Source: Desulfocapsa sulfexigens DSM 10523
Lineage (GTDB): Bacteria; Desulfobacterota; Desulfobulbia; Desulfobulbales; Desulfocapsaceae
Length of the DNA: 32,000 bases
Assembly (NCBI RefSeq): GCF_000341395.1
Contig: NC_020304.1
Location: 1,500,001 to 1,532,000 of the forward strand
Reading direction: 5' to 3'
Every line of letters starts with the position of its first letter. Position 1 is the stretch's first letter. This document shows positions 1 through 8,915 of the stretch, piece by piece. A program made the translations under genes and the position numbers. The notes below the pieces were generated by a model that saw only the letters and a program-made list of their open reading frames with translations, had not been told where the DNA came from and made no database searches.

Positions 1-654
1 ACCACCCGTATTCTGGTGCCAGAACCCGAGCAGAGCCTGGATGTGGTTTTGCTGGCGGAACCGGGATTTGAAAAAAAACTCAAGTGTTCTCTGGATCAAC
101 ATGGCCACGTAACAGTGGCTCAGCATCTATCGCCAGATGGTAAAAAGCTTCAGGGGTTGAGCTGTAACCAGGTTAAAACCGTACTTGAATATCCCTTTGT
201 AGAGCGAATGATTGTTGAGGCTGATGGGGCAAGGCAATTATCGTTTAAGGCTCCGGGTGATAATGAGCCTGTGGTGCCCCAAATTACAGATGTATTTATC
301 AGCGTGGTTGGCCTGGATATCATTGGCAAGTTCTTAGAGGATGTAAACGTCTTTCGTGCCGGGTTGGTATCGTCTCTGACAGGCGTGGAAATGGGTACTG
401 AGATCACTCCTTTGATTGTGGCAAAACTGCTCGTCCATTCTAAGGGGTTGTTAAGGGGATGCCCGGAGAGTGCACGGAGTGTCCTGTTGCTCAATAAAGC
501 GGACATTTCAGGTGGCAGGCAAAAGGCACTTTCAGTGATGGAAGCAGTTGGAAAACTAGAGGGGAAGAAACCGGATTACTGGGTGAGTGGTTCGACGAGA
601 GAGGGTGTATTTAGGGGTAAAGGTGAATCTATTTGCAATCTATGGGAGAGATAA
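1..654 (+). CDS. yqeC: Putative selenium-dependent hydroxylase accessory protein YqeC, 5'-truncated by window edge
   Basis: The frame stays open upstream of the track start at 16 to the window edge. The protein has VEADGARQLSFKAPG..EPVVP and LLNKADIS, typical of YqeC; the N-terminal P-loop part would lie outside the window. Confidence 0.75.
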   Translation, partial: TTRILVPEPEQSLDVVLLAEPGFEKKLKCSLDQHGHVTVAQHLSPDGKKLQGLSCNQVKTVLEYPFVERMIVEADGARQLSFKAPGDNEPVVPQITDVFISVVGLDIIGKFLEDVNVFRAGLVSSLTGVEMGTEITPLIVAKLLVHSKGLLRGCPESARSVLLLNKADISGGRQKALSVMEAVGKLEGKKPDYWVSGSTREGVFRGKGESICNLWER

Positions 655-655
655 A

Positions 656-1219
656 ATGATTCAACAACTAGCGAAAAATCAGAATTGGGCAAAAATAACC
701 CCTGTTTTTGGAGTACTTTCTACGATTTGGTTATTGTGGTTTTTTAAACCAACCGATGTGCTGTTCTGGGCATATGTTAACATCCCTCTTTACTTTTTTC
801 ATCAGACGGAGGAACATTTCTGGCCTGGCGGGTTCAAGAATTATATTAATCGTGTCATTAACAAGCTGCCAGAAGGTCAAGAAACACTTACCGACATCAA
901 GATTTTCTGGGTAAATATCTTATTAGTATGGTTCGCCTTCAGTTTTTTTGGAGTTCTCTCACTTGTAAATATAGGATTTGGTCTGTTGATTATTGTTTTT
1001 AGTATTCTAAATTGCCTGACGCACATTTTTCAGGGTATAAGTCACAAACAATGGAATCCTGGGCTGGTAATGGCCAGCCTCCAATTTTTAATTTCAATCT
1101 ATGCCGCTTACTTTGTAACAGTAAACGGATTATCTGATCCTGTCATTTGGTGGATCGCCACTGTAGTTTTTTCAGTGTTCGTCCATGGTATGTTATTCAG
1201 GTTTGTGTTGAAAAAATGA
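656..1219 (+). CDS. HXXEE domain-containing membrane protein
   Basis: ATG at 656 is two bases after the yqeC stop. The sequence has FFHQTEEHFWPGGF (HxxEE) and several hydrophobic helices. The track start at 587 (GTG) overlaps yqeC and is less likely. Confidence 0.7.
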   Translation: MIQQLAKNQNWAKITPVFGVLSTIWLLWFFKPTDVLFWAYVNIPLYFFHQTEEHFWPGGFKNYINRVINKLPEGQETLTDIKIFWVNILLVWFAFSFFGVLSLVNIGFGLLIIVFSILNCLTHIFQGISHKQWNPGLVMASLQFLISIYAAYFVTVNGLSDPVIWWIATVVFSVFVHGMLFRFVLKK

Positions 1220-1350
1220 CCGTGAATATCCGGGTGAACAATGCGCGGATAACCAGTACAACCGAGGACATCTATGATAAGTAAAGTCAAGTGGAAAACG
1301 GAGATTTCCTGTGTCCCAGCCTACCTGGTCTGGTTATTTCCAGCACAGAG

Positions 1351-1418
1351 TTCGGTGGAATAGGCCCTGCGACGGAGAACCCGTGAATATTCGTAGTCAC
1401 AGGGCCTATTCCACCGGA
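1351..1418. repeat. Long inverted repeat / hairpin (23-bp arms, 22-nt loop)
   Basis: ttcggtggaataggccctgcgac (1351-1373) pairs with gtcacagggcctattccaccgga (1396-1418); 21 of 23 positions complementary. Confidence 0.8.
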
Positions 1419-1671
1419 CGGGCATTGTGAAAAAACTGTCTTTTTCGTTACGTTTTGCCGCTTTGTTTTTTTCTACTATCCCTTGGGTCAACAAATGGCT
1501 TGTGACCAGACATCTATTTACAGTATCAGGCTGTTCGCCGTCACAGAAGATTGAGTTTGGATCAAAACCCGCTGACCTTTAAACACAATATCGGTGCATC
1601 ACCCTCAAGCTCGCACAGTCCCCAGAACGAAAGGATCAGCAGGAAAACCAAGCCGCAAAATCACAATTCAT

Positions 1672-2706
1672 TTAAGCTGCTTTGTCCAGTACCTCCTTTG
1701 GAGTAAATTTCTTTTGGCTTTTATCAACCGCCAGCATGTATGCCACCAGTTTCCGTGCAACGGCAAGAGTCGCTCTGTTGCGGTTGCCTTTTTTTAGCTC
1801 TCGTTCATGCACTTCAGCTAATTGAGGGTTCCAGTGCGGCGCCAGTTTGGCAGCCTCAATCAGTACGGTCTGTAAATGTTTATTCCGTTTCTTGGATAGC
1901 GGTCCTCGAATCTCTTTCCCTGCTGATTCTTTCTGTGCGCTACATAGTCCACAGTAACTGACCGCCTGGTTGATACGGCCAAATCGATAAACATCTCCGA
2001 TTTCAAGCACCCAGGTAAGAGCTGTTACCTCACCAATACCCCGGATACTCCTTAATAACTCAACTCGTTGACTGATCTGCGGATTATTGCCAAGTGCACT
2101 GATAAGTGATTTCTGCATTCTGTCAAAGAATTCCATGCTGCTTCGGCTCATCTGTAGAAGGTTGAGTACCGATTCGGGTACATATTCCAGGGTACTGAGC
2201 AGTTCCTGAAAATATTTACTCCCGTGAAGGCGTCGTTTGTTATACTCCGCTCCCACTTCCATCAAAAGGGTGGCAGTCTTGGTCTTCATCTTTGCCGCTT
2301 CTCTGACTAAAAGGTTCCGGTAACGGAGAATGCGACGTAGGTTGCGATGTTCCTCCGGGGCCATGTAGCATTCAGGGAGGAGGTTGCAGCGAAGCAAATC
2401 TGCGATCTTCTCCGCATCGGCCGCGTCATTTTTTTTCTTGGCGGCTGTTATTGCCTTGAGCATCTCAGGGTGAGCAACTTTTAGTTCCTGGGCATATGGT
2501 AGCAGGTAATCGTATATCCACCCGGTAAACAGAGTGGCTTCCATTGCACCAACCCAAGAGGTTTCTCGTTTTGCAACCCAATCAGTTAAACTGTCTCGCG
2601 TGGCTCGAATCATTCCTTGATCCACAGTAGTTCCATCAATCCGCTTTTCACAGAAACTGATAACCTTTTTGTGGATGTCAAATCCAATATAATGCATACT
2701 GTTCAT
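1672..2706 (-). CDS. IS110-family transposase
   Basis: Starts MHYIGFDIHKKVISFC; contains MEATLF.GWIYD, KKKNDAADAEKIADLL, RSIRGIGEVTALTWVLEIGD and AVSYCGLCSAQKESAGKEIRGPLSKKRNKHLQ, typical of IS110 DEDD + transposase_20 domains. Confidence 0.93.
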   Translation of the reverse strand: MNSMHYIGFDIHKKVISFCEKRIDGTTVDQGMIRATRDSLTDWVAKRETSWVGAMEATLFTGWIYDYLLPYAQELKVAHPEMLKAITAAKKKNDAADAEKIADLLRCNLLPECYMAPEEHRNLRRILRYRNLLVREAAKMKTKTATLLMEVGAEYNKRRLHGSKYFQELLSTLEYVPESVLNLLQMSRSSMEFFDRMQKSLISALGNNPQISQRVELLRSIRGIGEVTALTWVLEIGDVYRFGRINQAVSYCGLCSAQKESAGKEIRGPLSKKRNKHLQTVLIEAAKLAPHWNPQLAEVHERELKKGNRNRATLAVARKLVAYMLAVDKSQKKFTPKEVLDKAA

Positions 2707-2793
2707 AAGAGACCTCCTTGTGGCTAATGATTCTGTGCGGCTTTATGCTGTCACGGTCAGCTCCTAAGCTAATTCTACCACAGGAGGTCTCTT
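2707..2793 (-). promoter_or_regulatory. Structured 5' leader of the IS110 transposase
   Basis: Arms aagagacctccttgtgg (2707-2723) and ccacaggaggtctctt (2778-2793) pair with one bulge around a 54-nt loop. The proximal arm contains the minus-strand GGAGG Shine-Dalgarno next to the ATG. Confidence 0.6.
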
Positions 2794-3088
2794 CTTGTTT
2801 TCTTCTTTCTGCTTATGCATTCAAACACAATACCATTTTACACACTATAATTGCTGCGTATATGGCTTTTCGCCGTAACCTTCTCATTTAGCACTACAGG
2901 TCAAATGTTTTTCCTTTAATAACTCCTGATTTTCTGATAAGCCATCAAGTAAGTACACAATAAAGAAGGTGCGTCTTCTCCTACTCCTGACAGGAACTTT
3001 TTCCTGTCGGATGATGGCTCGCTCTATTTTGCATTACGTAGTAATCGCCTGGTCTTTCTTTTTAACATATCTCAGTTGCAGGAAAAAT

Positions 3089-5299
3089 ATGTGTGCTAAG
3101 CGCCTCAGCGAAATTATGACTCCGGGGGTTGTTGGAGTTTCACCGGACACACCTGTCTTCACCGCCCTCGAACTTCTGCGCAATAAAAACATCAGCTGTA
3201 TTCTGGTGCTGGAAGACAATGAACCAGTGGGTATTTTCACGGAGCGCAAAGTGGTTCAGCTTGCAGCAGAGAAGGGACTGCAGCTTGACAGCTATGCAAT
3301 CAGTGACATCATGACCTCCCCTGTGCTGACCGCCAGCCGGGATATGGACATCTATTCGGCGTACAACATTCTCTCCACCCATAAAATCAGACATCTGGTA
3401 GTTGTTGACGAGAACAACAAACTCTGCGGCGTGGCGACCCAGTCGAACATAGTGGATCACCTCGGTTATGAATATTTTATTGAATTTAAGAAAATCTTTC
3501 AGGTTATGACCACGAACCTGTTCACTGTCTCCAGGGGCTATTCAGTGGAACAGACCCTCCAGGAAATGGCCAAAACGTCCACAAGTTGCCTATTGGTGGC
3601 GGAAAATGAGCGTCCCGTTGGCATTGTCACTGAACGAGACATGACCCGTCTGCTCATCAACGGTACCGATCTTAAAGGGCTGAATGTGGAAGACATCATG
3701 AGTCACCCGGTCCATACCGCCCATTTGACTCTGCCCCTGCTGGATGCCGCCAGGATCATGAAGGAGACCCGGATTCGACGGATCGTAGTGGTGGATGCGG
3801 ATGGGAAAATAGCCGGTTTGACAACCCAATCCGATATCATCAAGGGGCTTCACGGCCTATCCCTCCAGAATCTCAAACAGCTGGTAGTGGAAAAAGACCG
3901 GGAGTTGGAGCAAACAAGTAGAAAACTGGCAGAAAAAACCGTTTATCTCGACAACATCCTTCATTCCTCCGTAGATTTGGGAATGGTTGCCGCTGATTTG
4001 AATTATCATATCGTCTATTTTAACCCGGCAGCAGAAAAGATCCTGGATATTGCAGCCATTGAGGTGATTGGCCGTGATATTCGGACAATTCATAAAAAAA
4101 ATGAGGTTTTGGCTCCGCGTTTTGATAAACTTGTCGAGATGATTCAAAATAAAAAACGGCACGAGTTTACCTTTATTAAGGAGAAGGAAGCGATTCCCTG
4201 TTTTGTTAAGGCTCTAGTCACTGGGATATGGGATCCAGATCAAAGCCTTATCGGCTTTGTCCTTATGCTCCAGGACGTCACCGAACGCACTCTTGCCGAG
4301 AGGAAAATCAAGCGTCAGAAGTCGGATCTGGAGGTAATGAATGCTGAGCTGTCAGCTCTGTACGCGGTTTCTTCCAAGATAAGTCAGACACTGGAAATGG
4401 AGGTATTGCTCGATGAAGTTCTGGCTGTGATTACCAATATTGAGATTTTCAACTTTGAGCAGCAGGGAGGAATCTTTGTCGTTGATGGAGACAAGGTGCA
4501 GCTCGTTTCCCATATCGGGCTGGAGGAAAGCTGTCTTGGTTATCAAAATTCAAGGGGAATTAACGATTGTCCATGTGGCAGGGCTATCAGGAGTGGAGAA
4601 ACGCTTATTCTTGACAGTACGGAATTTGAAAAGACCGGGCTGACAGAAAAGAAATCCCATGGGGCCGTTATCGTTCCCATCAAAGCACAGGATAAGGTGA
4701 TCGGGGGACTCTGCCTCTTTACTCCTCCTGATTTTGCAGGCCTTGATGATGATAAGATCGTTTTACTCTCAACCATTGGCAACCAGATTGGAATTGCCAT
4801 GGAAAATGCCAGGCTCTATGAGCAGACGCGGTTTCTGTCCCTCTACGATCCCCTCACCAACGTGGCTAACAGACGCTTAATGACTAAGGGGCTTGAAAAA
4901 TATTTCTCCCTGGCCAAACGGTATAAGAAAATCTTCTCCATTATCATGCTGGATATTGATAATTTTAAGAAATATAATGACACCCATGGGCACAGTGCCG
5001 GGGACAAGATGCTTGTCAGGGTTGCCACGGTGCTGCTTGACGATATCCGCAATGCCGATGTTGTTGCCAGGTATGGCGGAGAGGAGTTCCTCATCATGCT
5101 TCCCGAAGCCACCCTGGAGACTGCTTTGCTCACAGCTGAAAGGATTCGGCAGAAAATTACCCACGAAACCGGCACCACCATAAGCCTTGGCGTTGCCACC
5201 TACGACTCAAGTATGACTAAAAATGAGCAACTGATAAACAAGGCGGACGAGGCCCTGTACCGTGCCAAGAAACGTGGTAAAAATCGGGTCGAATATTAA
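3089..5299 (+). CDS. CBS-domain / PAS / GAF / GGDEF protein (diguanylate cyclase)
   Basis: Repeated CBS motifs (MTPGVVGVSPDTPV, DIMTSPVLTAS, DIMSHPVHTAHLTLPLLDAARIMKE), PAS-like middle region, GAF-like region, and a C-terminal MLDIDNFKKYNDTHGHSAGDKML...ARYGGEEF. Start is placed at ATG 3089 because the first 40 residues of the track ORF look non-coding. Confidence 0.9.
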   Translation: MCAKRLSEIMTPGVVGVSPDTPVFTALELLRNKNISCILVLEDNEPVGIFTERKVVQLAAEKGLQLDSYAISDIMTSPVLTASRDMDIYSAYNILSTHKIRHLVVVDENNKLCGVATQSNIVDHLGYEYFIEFKKIFQVMTTNLFTVSRGYSVEQTLQEMAKTSTSCLLVAENERPVGIVTERDMTRLLINGTDLKGLNVEDIMSHPVHTAHLTLPLLDAARIMKETRIRRIVVVDADGKIAGLTTQSDIIKGLHGLSLQNLKQLVVEKDRELEQTSRKLAEKTVYLDNILHSSVDLGMVAADLNYHIVYFNPAAEKILDIAAIEVIGRDIRTIHKKNEVLAPRFDKLVEMIQNKKRHEFTFIKEKEAIPCFVKALVTGIWDPDQSLIGFVLMLQDVTERTLAERKIKRQKSDLEVMNAELSALYAVSSKISQTLEMEVLLDEVLAVITNIEIFNFEQQGGIFVVDGDKVQLVSHIGLEESCLGYQNSRGINDCPCGRAIRSGETLILDSTEFEKTGLTEKKSHGAVIVPIKAQDKVIGGLCLFTPPDFAGLDDDKIVLLSTIGNQIGIAMENARLYEQTRFLSLYDPLTNVANRRLMTKGLEKYFSLAKRYKKIFSIIMLDIDNFKKYNDTHGHSAGDKMLVRVATVLLDDIRNADVVARYGGEEFLIMLPEATLETALLTAERIRQKITHETGTTISLGVATYDSSMTKNEQLINKADEALYRAKKRGKNRVEY

Positions 5300-5665
5300 C
5301 GTGTTTCCCTGAGTCGTTTACACTGGTTCTTTGAGGTGAAAGAATGATACGGCCTGTGTCTAATTCGTATCCATTAGGCAGGAATACTGTCGTTGTTAGT
5401 CTCGCTTCTCAATTAAAAAATCATCATATATTAAAATCATATCTTGCTTAAAGAGCATAAATTCATTAATTATTTGCAGGATGTTGTTTTGTTTTTTTTT
5501 GAAGTATTTTGTAAAGGTACTTACTCCCCTTGGGGGGCGAACACTTTATAAACAAACAGCCTGCAGCGCAGATTTATGACAAAAAACAGCATATCTACTG
5601 CACCTCATTTTTTTTCAAAATATCAACCAAAAGCGAGTCGATGTGGTAGCATCTGCTTCGTCTCT

Positions 5666-5702
5666 GAGCTAACGACCATAGCCAACTCTCGGTTGTTAGC
5701 TC
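5666..5702. repeat. Intergenic hairpin
   Basis: gagctaacgacc (5666-5677) and ggttgttagctc (5691-5702), 11 of 12 positions complementary, 13-nt loop. Confidence 0.55.
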
Positions 5703-5778
5703 GTCCCTCGTATACGCAATCACCCCAACTCGTAAGAAATACGGGTTAAATCATTCACAAACCATTGGAGATCAGAAA

Positions 5779-7452
5779 ATGCAGAGTTTCAGGCAACCCA
5801 CGTTTTTTTTAATACTGTCCGCTGTTGTTTTGTTTTTCTATCCGTTCTATGCAATGGCAACTGATGCTAAAACTCTTGCCAGCCAGATCGACAAGGATTT
5901 ACGACAGGCAGAACGATTGATGTTCAACGGTAAAAAGACGGAGTCGGATGCATTACTGCAGCAGGTCAATGAAATGCTGGAACAACTGAAAGCTGTTGAT
6001 TCATCTTCAAAGGTAACAAGCCTGGAAAACAAATATAGCAGGACCCGAAAGGCGCTTGATAAAAAGATGGGTGGAGGAACAACAGCTCCAGCCATATCTG
6101 TTGCACCGAAGATGAGTGCGCCTGCTGTACCGGCAGTCAAGGGCGTTTCGCCATCTGGATCATCGCGTAAAGGTGGATATCAACAGCAAATGATGGAAAG
6201 AAACATCAAAAAAGCAGTTAAAGATGTTGATTACGAGATTGGTCGAGCAAGGGAAATGATGGAGCCGGACAATACGAACAGCAAATTTGGTATGGGTGCC
6301 GACGAAAAGGCAGCTAAAGGCGCAGACTACCTTGCCAAAGCAGAACAACATCTTGCAAAGACAGAACAGAAATATCCTGATTTATCACCCGAAAGTAAAG
6401 AGCAGTTTGCAGTAGCCAGAAAAAGTATTGCAGAGACTCAGGCGGCTCTGGATAGCTGGCAGAAAGAAGAACAGATAAAAACGGACAGCGCCGCCAGAGA
6501 AGCTGCGGTTACTGCAAATGCTGCGGCAGGCAAAATGGCAAAGATGAAAGATGATGCCGACTTGATTGTAGCGTTACATGAAAAATATTTTAATGCCTTT
6601 GAAAATATTCATGGTGGAACCCTTGTCCACGGTATGAAGATTGAGGAAGCTGATCAGGCTTTGGCGCTGGTGGCAAATGCAGAGAAAAGCATACCTTTGT
6701 TTGCCACGGATGTTGGTCGTCTCGCCCAGAGTTATGGTGAGACCTCCATGGATATTTACAACAAATTTCACGAAGGTGGCTACACCCTCAACAATGGTGA
6801 AGATCAGAAGATGAGCCAGTTGATTGAGGCGGTGGATAAACTGAAAAAAAGCAGGCAGGCATCGGCAGTTACCTTGGCTGGAAACGCAAAGGCACTATTG
6901 GGTGCATTTAATAATCAGTTGAATGATGCCAGGCTTCAGCGGATGGCTGAAGCTAAGAAACTTTTACTGGCTGGGCAACAGTTTGATCCGGAGAATGATC
7001 AGATTAAACAGATGCTGAATGATATTGACAGCCAGATGGAGCAGGTAGCCGATAAGATGACTGCCCAGATAGATGCGGCTAAATGGGCGGGAAATATCTC
7101 TGGATTTGCTGGGCCCGGTGATGTGACTGAGCTGGCGGCCGAAGCTAAGAAATATTTTGAGAATGACCGGGACTGGGGAGGCAAAAAAGATCGGGACATA
7201 AAAATTCTTGATGTTTGTATCCGTGGTCCCTGGAAGGTTGCGGAGACAGATGTGTTTGGACGGGTAATCAGCTGGCGACTGCCGATTCATGTCGCTGTTA
7301 CCGATGAAAAGCTGAAGCCACGAAACCTTGCCAGAGTATATGATTTATCCATTCTGGCCATGGAAGGACCTGCTGACAACGCACCTAAAAAACCACCATA
7401 TGATGGATTCTGGGTTGGAGATAGCTGGATGATGCGTCTGGATAAATTTTAA
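5779..7452 (+). CDS. Secreted/periplasmic protein of unknown function, helical N-terminal region
   Basis: Long ORF with signal peptide (MQSFRQPTFFLILSAVVLFFYPFYAMA), charged helix-like body and a C-terminal globular region (VLDVCIRGPWKVAETDVFGRVISWRLPIHVAV). Confidence 0.7.
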   Translation: MQSFRQPTFFLILSAVVLFFYPFYAMATDAKTLASQIDKDLRQAERLMFNGKKTESDALLQQVNEMLEQLKAVDSSSKVTSLENKYSRTRKALDKKMGGGTTAPAISVAPKMSAPAVPAVKGVSPSGSSRKGGYQQQMMERNIKKAVKDVDYEIGRAREMMEPDNTNSKFGMGADEKAAKGADYLAKAEQHLAKTEQKYPDLSPESKEQFAVARKSIAETQAALDSWQKEEQIKTDSAAREAAVTANAAAGKMAKMKDDADLIVALHEKYFNAFENIHGGTLVHGMKIEEADQALALVANAEKSIPLFATDVGRLAQSYGETSMDIYNKFHEGGYTLNNGEDQKMSQLIEAVDKLKKSRQASAVTLAGNAKALLGAFNNQLNDARLQRMAEAKKLLLAGQQFDPENDQIKQMLNDIDSQMEQVADKMTAQIDAAKWAGNISGFAGPGDVTELAAEAKKYFENDRDWGGKKDRDIKILDVCIRGPWKVAETDVFGRVISWRLPIHVAVTDEKLKPRNLARVYDLSILAMEGPADNAPKKPPYDGFWVGDSWMMRLDKF

Positions 7453-7465
7453 TTACATGAATGAA

Positions 7466-7643
7466 CCTGATTACCATCGAAACTCAGCTTTGCAACCCGG
7501 AGTTGTTCCGTGTCGATTATATGGGACGCCATAAACCCATCCCTGGGGGCTCTGCTGCGGCCGTCCAGGCCGCAGATGCCCATATAATCAACACGAAAAA
7601 ACTCCTCATCAGGCGGGTAGGCTGAGGATTAGTGCTAATCAGG
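7466..7643. mobile_element. MITE-like palindromic element, copy 1
   Basis: CCTGATTACC...TAATCAGG ends; the internal sequence is shared with copies at 11755 and 29312; flanked by TGAATGAA (7458-7465) and TAAATGAA (7644-7651), 7/8 match. Confidence 0.85.
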
Positions 7644-7722
7644 TAAATGAATAGAGCAGGGGAATTTGTCGGATATAATTGATGCTCTTGCTTCGGAAAA
7701 CTGTGAAAAGGAGGAGGGAGTG

Positions 7723-8820
7723 ATGCGGAAGGATACGCGGAATTGCTGCATCTTTATGTGGGTTGTGTTTTTGGCTCTTTGTTGTTCTCCGGCATGGGGC
7801 TTTGATTTTGGCAAGATAGTGGATGGGGTGAGCAACGTTGTCGACAGTGCTCAGAAAGAAGTAAAAAAAGTCGTGAATTCGGAGAGTGAAAAAACATCCG
7901 GGGAAAAGTCATCACAATCGCAGTCCCAGCAGAGTAGTGCTCCCGATGCCGTGGTACAAAAATCCGGTACTGTAGGAAAGGCAGATCAGCCATTGGGAGA
8001 ATCGCTTTCTGTTTTTTCCACATCTCCCATTGATGTGAATGCTCCAGGAAACAGTGTTAGCAGTTTCAATGCAGGTGATCATATATACGGCCTGCTGCGT
8101 TCAAAGAAAAGCTGGAAACAGCAGGTGGGTGGCAGTAATTATCTGATCGTCTGGTTTTATCTTGACGGGGAGCAAAAGAGCTATAAGTCAGTTGGTTTGC
8201 AGAGGGCTGAGTTGTTAAATCAGGATTATTTTGTGTTGGATATCGCTCCTGATCCTGCGCGGATGACCAACTACAGTGATCCGGATGTTATCTTCCCTGA
8301 GGTAAAAGGAGACAAGTTTGGTCCTGAACTCTTCAGCCGTTATCTTGGTGAACTCAGTCCGGGCAAGCATACGGTGAGGATAGAGGTGAAGGCCTATAAT
8401 AAAGTGTATGCCTCTGGCTCATTTACGGTGGAGGGAAATGATTTTTCTTCTTATACCGCATTGTATAATTCTATTAAAAATAAGGCAGGGCAGATGGTGA
8501 CCATGCCGAAGGAGGGGTTGAGTAATCCGACCCTTGCAGCCGAGTTGGAAGGCATTTTGCAGCAGCACGGCTGGCCCCAGATCCAGAGATTAGTTATAGT
8601 TGATAAGGATTGGTGGATTGACAGAGTAGACGGGGGAGACACTGCGGTTAAATCAAGGCATATTGCAGCAGCGGCAGCCGCCCGTGGAACTGATGGGAAA
8701 CTCTTTTTCCAGGTGTTGACTTTTGAGCAGCCTATGCTGCTCAGTGGTGATTGGGGAAAACTGGATCTTAGTCATTCTGGTGAAAAAAAACCATTGCCAG
8801 AAGAAAACCTCAATAAATAA
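7723..8820 (+). CDS. Secreted protein of unknown function
   Basis: Start at ATG 7723 preceded by ggaggaggga; signal peptide CCIFMWVVFLALCCSPAWG; low-complexity Ser/Gln region followed by a beta-rich region. Confidence 0.65.
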   Translation: MRKDTRNCCIFMWVVFLALCCSPAWGFDFGKIVDGVSNVVDSAQKEVKKVVNSESEKTSGEKSSQSQSQQSSAPDAVVQKSGTVGKADQPLGESLSVFSTSPIDVNAPGNSVSSFNAGDHIYGLLRSKKSWKQQVGGSNYLIVWFYLDGEQKSYKSVGLQRAELLNQDYFVLDIAPDPARMTNYSDPDVIFPEVKGDKFGPELFSRYLGELSPGKHTVRIEVKAYNKVYASGSFTVEGNDFSSYTALYNSIKNKAGQMVTMPKEGLSNPTLAAELEGILQQHGWPQIQRLVIVDKDWWIDRVDGGDTAVKSRHIAAAAAARGTDGKLFFQVLTFEQPMLLSGDWGKLDLSHSGEKKPLPEENLNK

Positions 8821-8915
8821 GAGATTCGCCTAGTTGAAAAACTCAAAATGCGGCAGAGTTACCCCGCTTCCAAGATGGTGGCGGGGTAGCGTGTGATGTT
8901 TGTAACGGATCGCCC

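Noticed and set aside
1594-1961. Plus-strand ORFs over the transposase C-terminus
   Set aside because: Antisense to a clearly conserved IS110 transposase with no ribosome-binding support.
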